A stretch of 64,000 nt of DNA from Camelus ferus (taxonomy: Eukaryota), in NCBI RefSeq assembly GCF_009834535.1, contig NC_045697.1, positions 16,680,001-16,744,000 of the forward strand, written 5' to 3'. This document shows positions 51,708 through 64,000 of this stretch, in pieces (the first letter of the stretch is position 1; each line of letters starts with the position of its first letter). The translations under genes and the position numbers were made by a program. The notes under the pieces were generated by a model that had not been told where the DNA came from, did not search any database, and saw only the letters and a program-made list of their open reading frames with translations.

Positions 51708-53808
51708 ATGCCCGTCATCTTGATTACCCATATTTGAATTTCATTCCTGGAACACGACCTACCGCCGACTTTTAGCTCTGGGCCAGCTTCCTCCCAAATA
51801 CCCAGCATGCCTTGGGCTTCCTTCTTGCCCCATCCTGCTGATTTGGAAGCAGCTAATGAAGACAAAATTAAGTCCTACTTTAAGTGAGGTCTAATTAAGA
51901 AGGGAAATCTGCTAGAGTAACATCTGGTAATGTATTCTGAAGCCAAATATAAATGACATTTTGGGATTATCCACTATTTTGGATTGTTTGTTCCACTAGA
52001 CCCCACTGGGAGCTGACATAAATAAATGAGAAAGTGAATTTTATGATAGACTTAGGGGTTCAAATAAGGAAGACAACTGATCATAGAAGGCCGTTTCCTG
52101 AAGCACCATTAAAGGGCTATACCTTGGTTTCATGCACAAAAAGGCAAAAAATGTTTGCATGTATCAAGTTTGGTTTCGATGAAAAAGTTTCATCCAACTT
52201 TTCAAGAAGTTGAATTCAAAATAAAGACATTTTTTTCCTCACGTGAAATAGAAAATAACAATTCAGATTAGACCCCTGATATAGAATTTGAGGTTTTTAG
52301 TTTTGTTTTTTTTTTAACCACTTTAATGAGGACAGACCGCTTCACTAACTGTACATTGTACATGTCTGTTCTGAGTGGTCTCAGTCTTTGCTAAAAAGGT
52401 TGTTAAATATTTTGAGTACCCACTTTCAAACAACTCTTTCTTTCCCCCTTTCTTCTCTTTGTCTCCTTGTATGATCTACAATCCGCAGTGGGTTTTCCTT
52501 CTTGTCTTACACCCAGAAATGGGTACTAACAGCCTGTCTGCCCACCTTCTCACACTCCAAACTGGGCAGAACCCCGACATGGCACTTCTTACAGGTTGCT
52601 AACTCCTACATCATTCAATAGGAAGCATCTCTAAAATAATCCACGAGCTTTTTGTTTAGTGTATGGAACAAAGGGCTTTGAAAATGAGATGGTCACATGA
52701 AGGCAGGAAAAAAAAAAGACTCAAGAAATCTCAAGCCTATGTGGCCAACAGAAAAACAGTCAGGACAATAAGGATCACTTGACGTCACATCACGTATTTC
52801 TTATAAAAAATACTTCCGCATCTATTCATTTCTTACAAATGCCCTGAGAGTCAGCTTATTCCTGTTTTATTCCCAGGAGAGATAAACTCAGCACATCAGG
52901 CACCACTATATTTGCCCTGTCAGATGCCAAAGTTGCTGGCTGCACTGACACAGTGGCTAGTAAAAAGAGCACAAAATTTAATTTCACTATCTAGGCAGCT
53001 CCCCATGGCCATAGAGGCTACTTAAAATATCGTGTATGTACATGTGTCTAGACCCAGCACACACCCCCAACACACACAAGTTTGCATCTCAGGGACACAT
53101 ATTTAAAGCAGAATCTGTGTATAAGTGCACCGCAGTCTCTTGAGTGCTTTCTCCCATATTCAATTGTCATTGGCTATGAATGTGTATAATCAGTACAAGG
53201 AATCTTCCTCCAGTTAAGTACTCTAACTGAAGAAAGCAATGAACAAAAACTGAGGATGATTCTTGCAAAAATAAAATAAAATAAGAATCAAGCGGAAATA
53301 AATACAAGCAAAACTGAAGAATTCCCTCTGTAGATATATTTACACCTGTGGGAGTCCATTTAATTCCCGCTAATACTTACACTCCTATTTAAGCAGGCAT
53401 AAAATGTAGGTTCCCATCTGTACTTAGGCTCCATTCTAACTTATTAGCTTATATCACACACTTATGAGTTAATAAGCATGTCCTGAACATATGGAGTTCA
53501 TTATTCTGAAGAGGTCACATGAGCCAAAAGTGTAAATACAGAAGTTCAAGAGAAAGGCCTAAGAAACTCCTGGCTGATGCATTCAAAATGAGCTATTTCG
53601 GTTGGGGGGGGGGGTTGGTGAGGGGAAGGGAGATGTTTCATGTCACAATACAAAGAGGAAGCAACTGGGTTGTGCAGTCAAAAAGGAGGCTTAACAGACC
53701 TGAAAAGAGCCTGTAAGGCATTCCATTTGTCCTCGAATTTAAACCAGGAGAGAACCTGGGCACGATTTAAAAGACCACCAGACTGGAAGTCTGGAGAAGT
53801 GCTCCTAG

Positions 53809-53975
53809 TGAGACAGGATGGGACCTGGGACCTGGGACTTGGGACCCTTTGCTGCAGTGCTTGCACTTGGCCAAATGTCTCGTCTCCCCATTTGAGCAAC
53901 AAAATACAAAGAAACTATAAGGGATACAAAGGAATAAAAGGAGTACAAAGAAACTACATATATAAATACATATAA

Positions 53976-54052
<77 letters not shown>

Positions 54053-54416
54053 ATACAAAGAAACTATAAAATAACTGTGTACATGTGCAACAAGATACAA
54101 AAAGACCAGAATCCCAATTGCCACTTCTTTGGTGTCGGGAGAAAAAGCAGGGTACTTACTGTGCATGATCCCTGCACACAGAACCACCAAGGGGGTGGCC
54201 GACCACGTAAGCCACCCTCTGACCCAGCCCATGGATCCCCCCTACCTTCATGCCATTTAAGCGACCCCTACTCAGGGAGCGAGCGAGGGCACCTGTTACT
54301 TGCTTTCGCATCCTGGGGCTGCAGCATGAGACCCAACAAAGCCTTGCCTGAATTTCTCATCTGGCCTTTTACCAAATTCTGTTGATTAAGGAAACTAAGA
54401 ACCCCGGTCGGTAACA
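53809..54416 (+). mobile_element. Solo LTR (ERV1-like, 608 bp) inserted into a MIR
   Basis: TG...CA termini; exact 4-bp TSD CTAG (53805-53808, 54417-54420); degenerate polyA signal aacaaagccttgc; internal (TA)n(CA)n at ~53982-54049. Confidence 0.8.
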
Positions 54417-54697
54417 CTAGTCCCATTTGTACCACTAGCTACAACTATGTGGCTTCTGGTGAATCAACTCAATTCTGGCTGCCCTGCACATGCTAAAATG
54501 ATAATTCTGTACACTCAAATGGCTTTCTTGTTTTCACACTTGCCACTTACCACCCCACCCCACCTCAATAGTCTACACAGAGGACAGTGATACTGATAAA
54601 ACCTAAGTCTTATCCTGCCCCAATTTTGACCAAGCCCTCCATGATTTTCCATGTCTCCAAGAGTAAGAGTCAAAATTCTAAGAGTGACCTACTAGCT

Positions 54698-54825
54698 TAG
54701 GGTCACCACATAATTTATTATACAAGAACACTTTTGAGAATGAGAGTGAGTACTATAAATAATCAGCCACTGGGGGGTTAACCCAGACTATTGCAGGCTA
54801 ACTGAGATGCATGGTCGGTTGTCCT
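54698..54825 (+). mobile_element. MER94-like hAT element within an L2 fragment (~54560-55230)
   Basis: tagggtcaccacataatttat...acacttttgagaatgagag matches my recall of the MER94 5' end. Confidence 0.6.
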
Positions 54826-56877
54826 ATGTTAGACTACATCTTCTGATGCTCTTATTCATCAGGCTGAATCCTTTCCAAACACACTGACCTCCTTACTAGA
54901 CCACAAAAATGCCAGGCATTCCGCTGCCCCAAGGCTTTGCACCTGCCATTTTCCCCTTACCAGAAGGCTCTTCTACCAGATGGACACATGGCTTGCCTCC
55001 TTTATCCCCTCGTTTACTCAAATGTCACCTTCTCAGTGAGACCCTCCCACTACTCCAGACCCAATCTATCCACCTTCCTGGTTTACTTTTCCATTTGACA
55101 CTTACTTCTATAACTCAATATATTTTACTGACTATTCTTGTTCAATAAAACATTAGCACTGCAAGGTCTATCTGATCACGATTAAGACGTGGCATATAGT
55201 AGCTGCTTAGTAAAAATTAATGAGTAATAACTAAAAACATCTAACCAGTTCTAAGAATATAAGGTGACTCTTCACCTTCCTTTTGTTGTTGCTGTGGTTG
55301 TATCCTCTATAATTTCCATCTCTTCCCACCCCTAGCAGATTTGTCTTATTGATAATGTTTATCTTAGGCTATGATTTAAAATTAGTTTCCATTCATTTCT
55401 CACATAGCTTTTGTAAATCCATCTCTTGTAAAGGAAAGGGTTGAGATGGGTCTTGTAAATGTAGAAATTTAGTCTCACCAATTCTGGTGTTTGGAAGGAT
55501 ACTGGAATGCATTATTAAGCAGTTAATTTGCAAATATCTCAGAAAAGCCACGAGAAAATCATGCCAGACCAACTATATCTCCATGCAGGAACATCAGGCT
55601 CACTAACCAAGAGAAAACGATTGATATAATCTATCTGAACTAGAATGAGCTTTTTTATTCCATACCTTATACTCATCTACAAGCTGGGAATATGAGTTAG
55701 TCTTAGCCGGGGGGGTTTCAAACTGCATTCCATGGAACCCCAGACATCAGTACAGTTACTACAAGGACTGATTATAAATATTGTAGTATATATTTTATTT
55801 AATTGAATTCATATACAAATATAACTAACTTGCTTTTAGAAAGCAATTTGCACATTCAATTGTGTTATTTATCTTATCATAAACACAGCAGAGACCACCA
55901 TGGCCTTAACCTGCCAAGCTGAATCATTTGGTGTTGGTCTCAAGATTTTAAAATATCTTTTGAGATGCGAATGTGAGCAGTTTACAACCTGGAGCCATTG
56001 ACAAATACTCAGTTCTCTGAAGCAGGATTTTCTCAATCCTCTTCAATCAAAACAAAGTGCCATGTAATCAGTTGCTAAGATCCATATAAGATACCAAGCA
56101 TTACCTTAAACCTCAAATTCACTTGTTTCTTCATTTAAATGATGTCAAAAATATTATAGCACACGAATGTTATTTTGATTTAAAAATAGTTAACAGCAGC
56201 TGACCTTTACTGAGTACTTCCCATGTGCTTGGTGCTGAGTTAATTTCTTTATGTATATTATTTCATTTAAACCACAATTAACCCTATTATAAGCCCCAAA
56301 CTTATGGGGCTAATGAGAAGCAGAGTTATGTCCGATATATCAGAGTTTTATCAGATATATCTGATAAAAACTTGTCCTCACTCCCTTTCTTTATATATTG
56401 GAATTTTATGGAAGAGATTATTTGAACGAAAATGAGACTGGGCAGGGGCAAGTCTACCTGGATTCACACGAGGGGATACAAACTGAGCTGAAAAGACATC
56501 AGTTAATTATCAACAGGTAAAAACTAAGGTGGAGAAATGCAGTTACATCCCTTGAAGCAGAGCTGGGCTTCCATGTAGAAAGCGGTTTCTCTGAGATTGC
56601 TTCTGACTTTACTGCAGGCCCAGTGTCACGGGCTGTCTCTAGTGCTACTGGGTGTGATTTGCTCTTCTCTTAGAATGAGCTTCTCACCTCCCTTCATTTT
56701 TTCATAGCTCTGATTCCTCCTTCAAAGCCGACTGTTAGTGGTCCCTCTTTCATGAGTTTTTCAACAAATCCAGCTTATACTGGTATCTTCAAGCTTTTAT
56801 AGGAATAACCTGGATCCCTGGATAGAAATATGGATCTCTGGGTCCCATCACATACCACTAAATCAAAACGTCTAAAT

Positions 56878-57092
56878 CAGGATTTCTCACCTTCGGCACT
56901 GTTGACATATTGGGCCAGACAATTCTTTGCACTAGGAGGGCTGTCCTGTGCCTTGTAGGGTATTTCATAGCTTCCCTGACGGCTTCCCAGTAGATGCCAG
57001 TAGCACCTCTCCAATTATGGCAACCGAAATTATCTCCAAATATTGCCAAAATATTTGCCGGGAAGCCAAACTGCCCCCGGTCGAGAACAATT
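56878..57092 (+). mobile_element. MER20 DNA transposon nested in a MER5-like element
   Basis: cag..ttctca.c.tcggcactgttgacat.ttgggccagacaattcttt...gatgccagtagcacc...ctgcccccggtcgagaac. Confidence 0.8.
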
Positions 57093-57689
57093 TCCCTGGA
57101 GGATCAGTTCAGGATTATGCAGTTTGGATAAGCACCCCGAGTGATTCTGATCATCATGCAAGTTTGGGTAAGTTGCTGTTTTGTGCCTGTTAAGAAGTGT
57201 ATACATCAAGTTAGAACTGACGATTCCATGTTATCACCTCTAACACATGCAGTTCTAACCGAGCTTAATAGTTACTAACAAAATATTTTTAATTTATTCT
57301 ATGTGAATTATTTCCAGTACCCTACATGAATGTGCCTAAACGTTTTACAGTGTGTGCTTCAATGCTGATTACAGCTTATCGGTTATTTACTCCCTGAATT
57401 TTTTTTTTTTTTTTTGATTAGCCCTATGGCATTTTACTCTTTTAATTGCCAATCATTCTCCTCTTTCTTCAGCATTTTCTGACCATCATCATTATCATCA
57501 AGTTCATTTTCATTTTGTAGTGTATTTGATTACATAGGCTATATGCCAAAGGATTCTTGAGGATTTTGTTCTATATACTTTCATAGAGTTCTTAAACATT
57601 TCTAGACTTCTTAAGATTTTTTGAAAGATCAAAAGCGCATAAAAGCCTCATAAGATTTTCATGTTCTTAGGAAAGAGACAGTGAAGCAA

Positions 57690-57930
57690 AATATAGATTC
57701 TGAAGTTAGCTGCCTGAGTTTGGATCCTGAATTCATTCTTATAAGGCGTATGATGTTCAGTAAGTGACTTAACCTCTCCGGGTCTCAGATTTCGTGTGTA
57801 GTGTGTTATAATAATAAGACTTACCTTGTAGGGCTATTTTGAGACTTTGCGGTGCTAATCCCTGCATATCACATAGAACACTGCCTTGTACACAGTAAGG
57901 ATCTAGGTTTGCTGTTATTAATGTTACCAT
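57690..57930 (+). mobile_element. MIR SINE
   Basis: aagtgacttaacctctccgggtctcagatttc...ataataagacttaccttgtagggctatt MIR core; boundaries approximate. Confidence 0.7.
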
Positions 57931-58494
57931 TATTATTGCCCTCACTGAGTTCACAATAAGTGGGACAAAATCTAAATTTGTTGAAAAAATAATATAGAGG
58001 CAACATTTAAAGTAGACTTTGAGGTAGGGATAGGACATAAGCAAATGAAGAGGAAAGAGAAGAACATTCTACACAATAAACCAACACAGAATAGAGATTT
58101 TAAATGTGGTATCAAAACTATTAAATACATGAATGCTCAGAAATCCTTACAATTTACATAACGACCATGGTCTACCTGTCACTTGTTAAGACTGAATATG
58201 TCTGAATTAAAAGGCATGGTTTGACATAATCCCTGGATGCTTGTGTGTTTATTACGTGAAGTAATCACTTGAAGTCCAGAGCAAGCTAAGCTGATCTATA
58301 CTGTACACAACCTCCACCCGTGCACACGTGCAGACCTACACCACATTCATGTGCTTGGTTATAAATATATGTACTTTATTACTTACACATATGTATTGAG
58401 TGACTACCACGTGCTCTACTCTGTTTTTTTCTAAAAACCTACATTTTAGCTTGGTGGAGAGAGGATGGCAGATAATAAACAAATGTAGCCCTTC

Positions 58495-58870
58495 CAAAGA
58501 TATATATGTGTATATAGAGAGAGTATATACATATATCTATGTGTATATATGTATATGTATATATATATAAACATATAACGAACATATGATACAAATTCTA
58601 TATAAAGAACATAGAGTATTATATTCATATATATACACAGAGAGATAATATATGTATGTATATATATAGAGAGAGAATACATTTGGTTTATTTATATATT
58701 TTATAAAATAGACATATACACAGAGAGAGACAATATATTTGGAATAGACAGATAAAGAATGGAGTATATACATATTTTTGATAGCGTAAATACATATATA
58801 TTTGATAGTATGTATATTTTACTTGCATACTCATGTAAATATGTATGTATATGAGAGAGAAGTTGAGAGA
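58495..58870. repeat. Low-complexity (TA/CA/GA)-rich tract
   Basis: Read directly. Confidence 0.8.
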
Positions 58871-61800
58871 GCATTTGAAACAGCAAGACATAATAGCTGA
58901 GAAAGAAATGTTCTAGGCAAAGAACAGAGTAAGTCCAAAGGTCCTGATGTGAGAGCACTTGCCATGAGTAAGACATTAATTTTCTTTCACAGTTTGCATA
59001 TTGGTAGAAGAGGGAGGGAGGTAACATTGAAAATATTTAACAAACATTACACATGAGCATTGATCAATTAGAATTACAGCACCAGGACTTCAGAAAGGAG
59101 GCCTCCTGTAGATAACTCTAAGTTTCATTGTGGCGAATTAGCAGACTACATTAGCCCTGGGTATAAGCCATGTTCTTTAGACTGACTCTGTAAAACATCT
59201 AGAATCACTTTCCATTAAAGCTAATACATCCTCTGGAAGACAGCACGCTCTCTGCCCAAAAGAAGTGCTTAGAAGGCACCACTACAGCAGCCGATGCTCT
59301 TTGTTCCTCAGGACTTAGCACCACGAGCTGTGTGTGCAAACAGTGCAGCTGCAGAAGCCTGGCACCTGGACCTTTATGGTATATTAAGGTTGGGGACACC
59401 AAGTTGCGGGCGATGTCAAATGATCTGATTACTGCAATATTCTGGTAATAGCACTAAAGTGAGAGAAAATTGTCTCAGGGTGGTTAGAGGCTAATCAGAG
59501 GCAAGGCTGTCCTCTCTGTGGGGCCATCTAGGGTGAAGGAAATCCAAGTGTGCTTCTGACAATCCCCTGTGCCCACCCCCAAGAGAGTAGGAACCATTTC
59601 GAGCCTGGAACTGGGCCTTAGACTCCATAAGCATCTTTCCTTTTCCATTCAAGTGTTCCGTTGCAGAGTAGTGAGTTGTCGGTAAATACTTGCCGAATAA
59701 ATACAGCCTGAGAAGTTCATCTTTTCAGTGACTTTGAAGCTAAGTAGTCCATGTGAGTTTGTGTTTCCAAAGCGTCTGAGGAATTCTGCAGTCTCCTAGG
59801 ATTTAGAGACTGAGCTTCTTTTAATGCCAGACTGAGTACCATGCTCCTGAAAAATCTTTAAATACTTTATATTGAATTCTTTCTAGAAACAGAATCATTC
59901 ACAACTGTCAGTGATTTATACACATACGTGGTGAGCGTGCACAGGAGGGCAGCCTGGTTCATCCTGTTAGACAAAGTGGCTAATGACACCAAAGGGAACA
60001 TTTTCAAAAGTGAACTTGATAACTGGATTTTTAAAAGTGTATGTGCCTTTAACAACATGGGAAATGACAGGAGAAGTACAAACCAAAGGGATAAAAATGG
60101 TAGAGTTACAGAACAAAGAAAGAAGAAGACAAGTCATTTAATGATAGTCTCATATAACGGTAGAATGTAGTGACAGAAATACCAGACAGTAGGAGCTAAG
60201 AAGAGGCAACCCATCCAACTGCAGGATTGGAGGTGGGAAGACTGACCCCCTCAAAGGGTTAAACAGACTTCAGGGTCAGTCAGTGGCTGATCTAAATCTG
60301 TATTTGTCTGGGGCCTATGGTTTCCTTACTTTTTCTACCATGCTATGTTGCTAAAAGGAAGTAAAAGTGAAGAATTTTTTCATACCCTTGCTGTTTTATT
60401 CTTCAGCCCTCAATTGTTTACAGTGTTGCACATGGAAAGTTCCCAGTGCAGTCCGCTATGGAAACACTGGGCTGTAATTAAGTTCCATGTCTATGCTTTT
60501 CAATAGATCATAAGCTTCTTGGAAACAGGAATCATGAGGTGTGCATCAAACTGCGTGTCAAAAAAATGTTAATAAGTATCTGTTGAGTATCTACTATATG
60601 CCAGGCATTCTTGACACTGGGGATATGAACAAAATAATTCAAAATGAACAAAATAGTTAAATGTCCCTGCCCTCACAGAGCTTATTCTAGCAAAAGGACA
60701 GATGCTGAACAAAATAAATTGCTGTACATGAAATAAACCGTTGTGAGGAATAAATGAATAGATGAAGCAATAAGAATTCCACTTTTCTTAAAGGAAAGCC
60801 AAAATTTTTTTTAAAATCAGATTTATTTACAAAACAGGGCACGACTATTTCTCTTAGAACAGATTTCATTCTAGAATAATGTAGAAACACTTAAATCCCT
60901 AAAACTGTTGAAAATATACAATTCTTACTGTAAAGCTTTCTGTACTTGGGTTCCTATTCTCACTTTGATTTCCCACTCGGACTCGGGGCTGAAAGCTTTG
61001 ACCGCTGAACCCCTGGGTTAGTTCCTGTTGGTATCTTTCCCCAGTGCTGGACCCTTCTGCAGTACTCGTAAGTCCACCGAATAGATCTCTTTGGCACATG
61101 GCAGGGACAGCCCCCAGCCAAGAGCCCCATCGCTATGACTGATGCCATCATATTGGACCCCTTCTTTAAAAACATCATGTTAGAGTGGCCTCTGACCACA
61201 GGTGGGCAGGCCATGAGAGCTTGGGCTTAAAGCAAAAAAATCTCCAGGAGAACCCACACAGTGACACGCTTCAACCAAGAAAATGATGATATTGACGTAT
61301 ATTGTTGAAATGGAACATACCCCTTAAATACTATTAAACCAACAAAGTTAGCAAATAGCACTTGTTCAGCACTGTACACTGGGAAACATCTAAAACACCA
61401 GACACCAAAAAACTGCAAGGAAGTATTAAATTACTTCAGATGACTTTCATTCAATTTGTCTTTTTTTCTAATCTTTCCGTAAGGAGTATTTTTTTGTATT
61501 TATAAAACAAAAATATAACAATACAAAGCATGTGTAGTAATGCAATAAAAGTGACAAGAGGAAAAGCTTAAGAGTGATTAAATAATTAATGAAGAACAGT
61601 CCAGCTCTGCTCAGCTTTGTGGCTCTGGCTTAGAATCTGCCTTCCTTGGACCTTAATTTTCTCCGCATTTTTGTAAAAGGGCAGCAGAAAAATATACCCT
61701 GGCTATCCCCTAACCCTGAGCATTATTGAAAGTGGAAACAGCATAATGCCTATGTGTTTTAAGGAAGAGTTAAGAAGCAATACGTAACAAGTGTAGTGCT

Positions 61801-64000
61801 AAAGGTACACACACGTCCAAAAAAATCATTCAAACCATACATACTGAATTTGCACCATACTTCCATAGTTGACTCCTTTACTTAAATTTAGTTTTTCATC
61901 ACAGTATTAAGTGGACTGTAGCAACTTGTGTAAGAACAATGGCAGAACTGGCTGAACTAGGACAAAAATATCATTTAAAAAAATAAAGTACCTTAGAGTC
62001 ATAGCGAATACAAACAGGGGACATACAGAAAAAGAGAAGCCCATTGTGTTGGGAGAGCCTATAGCAAAGCCATGGAAGAGGATGAGAAACCATGGGGGCG
62101 CCCGCCCCCTGGAGCCCTGGTTGCCCCAGCTGACATCAATGGTTGTAGACAAACTTTCCAGTTCTGTTTGTTGAGATGATGTCAGGCAGCTGTAATCTGT
62201 CCAGAGGTGAAAAATCTGGTGCTATCAGCTGCGGGTGGCCCTGGAGTAAATCCTTTCACCTCTGGGCACAAAATGAAAACATACGGCTTTAGCAATTGAC
62301 AGCAGAATCGTTCTGTGCCATTACAGCACCAGTCGCTGTTCAATTTGTCCCTGGAAGCGCATTCAGTGGTTCAATATTCCTGAAACATTAACCCACGTTC
62401 CCTCATTTTGCTTCTGTTCCTATTGATATCATGTCCACTGTGAATATTTCCAAAGGAACAGTCAAAATCGTACGGGGATCAGAGGGATGGGGTGCGAGTT
62501 CTAATAACGTCACAGACTAGCCTATATCCTCAGAGAAGGCATTTGGGCCCAGTGACCTCAGTGATCTCAACTGTAAGTAAAGACAGCTGCTTCACCACCT
62601 GAAGGTAAGGATTAAATGAGATAGTGGCAAAAAGGGCACCAGGAAACACTGTGCAAGGATTTCCCACTATTTCTCTAACGATGTCCCTTTAAAAAAATCA
62701 TTTCAAAATGTTACCCTGTCAAGAAAAGAGCAAAATTTTAGAGAATCTCCTAAGAAACCCTATATAATGAGAACTTAATTTATCACTAAGCCATTTCACA
62801 ATCTGCCCCTGATTAAATAGCCTTTCTATGGACACGATAAATTGGGTTTAGTAACTGATAAAACCTTATAGGCATTGCCTTCAACTTGGAATAGCTGAAC
62901 TAAGACAAAAAATATCATTTAAAAAATCAAGTCCCATTGAGTCATTGGAAATATAAACAGCAGATATCCAGGAAAAGAGAAGGCTATTGGGTTTGAAAAT
63001 GATAAAAGGCAGAAATAATTGATTCATCTTATCTAAAAATAAGACTACGTAAAAAATCGTCTTCAGTAAATACGGCAGGTATTTTATTTTAATTTTTTAA
63101 AATATCTTTTAAAAAAGGAAAAAAGTTCTCAATACATAATTAAGTTTTTTTGAACTCCATGGCCATGTTTTATGTGGCTTTATTCATTCATTTCTCCTTT
63201 TATTCATTTGTATTGAGAAAATAGTTTTGGGACGGCAAGCGTCTCAGGCACACAGCAGTGGTTCTTACAGACACAGACCTGCCCTGGTGGTATTTCCAGC
63301 AACCCAGCTGCCCAGCAGTCATCGGTACAGAATCTAACATAATCATTTAAACAATAAATGAAGGGAAAAAAATGGACTAAAAAATGAACATATGGAGAAA
63401 AAGAAAATTGAAAATCAGAGAAAAGGGAATTAGAAGGAGAATGGGATAATCCGTAACTTCACCATCACTTTTAGTTAGAAATGAAACACTCCTTCTGTAT
63501 GATACTCTTCGTCTGGGCTGTGGGCTTCAGAAAAATAATCAGTGTCTTTGAAATGTGAATTAAAGTCAGTCACCACACACGACTCTTCAATTGCTCCTTA
63601 TTCTTAAATGTTGCCAAGATTTTCTTTGGGAGCAACAGCTATGATAAAACATTAGAGGAGAAACAAGATTTTTCTTTGGGTTTCTGTGACAGTGATCAAG
63701 GTATTATTGCCATAAAGGCCAAATAAAATCAAACCACAATCTACCAGGGAACTGAAAAGTAAACTCTTGTTTTGGCAGAAACTGTCCATTTCTGTAAAGT
63801 ACAGCATGACAGCAAGATATGGCTTTCTTTCTAGTAGATAACACAATGGCTGCATGCTTTTTAATGATTACGATTTTAATCTTGAAAAAAAAAATAAGGT
63901 TGCTCTAAAATCAAACTGGTTTTAAGATAAAGGGCAAGTAAAGAGAAATATCTAGGTTGACAAATAAAAGAGAACAGTCTTCTTTGAGCTCTGGCTCTGT

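Larger units (their letters stand above)
1902..64000 (-). other. PPARGC1A: PPARGC1A gene body (partial: distal intron 2 through 3'UTR)
   Basis: Eleven spliced exons translate to recognisable PGC-1alpha sequence (LKKLL, LLKYL, DHDYC, RS domains, RRM, C-terminal DFDSLLKEAQRSLRR). Intron 2 runs off the right edge. Confidence 0.98.

Noticed and set aside
46712..64000. Liver-specific exon 1L or exon 2 in this part of the gene
   Set aside because: No sequence I could identify as either; they probably lie beyond the window.

Overview
Mammalian genomic DNA. The tRNA-derived SINEs look like the camelid vic-1 family, so the source is probably a camel, llama or alpaca (inference). The window carries the 3' part of PPARGC1A (PGC-1alpha) on the minus strand: coding exons 3-13 (46711 down to the TAA at 5743-5745), a ~3.8 kb 3'UTR ending near 1902, and the distal ~17 kb of intron 2; exons 1-2 lie outside. 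All eleven exons have GT-AG boundaries and total 2163 nt, an intact frame that fits a 798-aa protein. Residue numbers are human-equivalent, assuming 234 coding nt in exons 1-2; comparisons to human are from my recall, not a database search. Signals for known truncated isoforms are preserved: the NT-PGC-1alpha 31-nt acceptor shift, exon 8a and the exon-3 extension. The strongest leads are (1) an Arg-to-Pro change (R568P) that breaks the Akt RxRxxS consensus at the inhibitory Ser571, (2) a candidate 51-nt stop-containing cassette exon in intron 5, and (3) a neighbouring CpG/NRF1/CCAAT promoter-like element. The introns hold a dead ~4.8 kb L1 inside an L2, a solo LTR inside a MIR, SINEs with target-site duplications, old DNA-transposon relics and microsatellites. 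No prokaryotic-type system is present, and most ORF-track entries are spurious.
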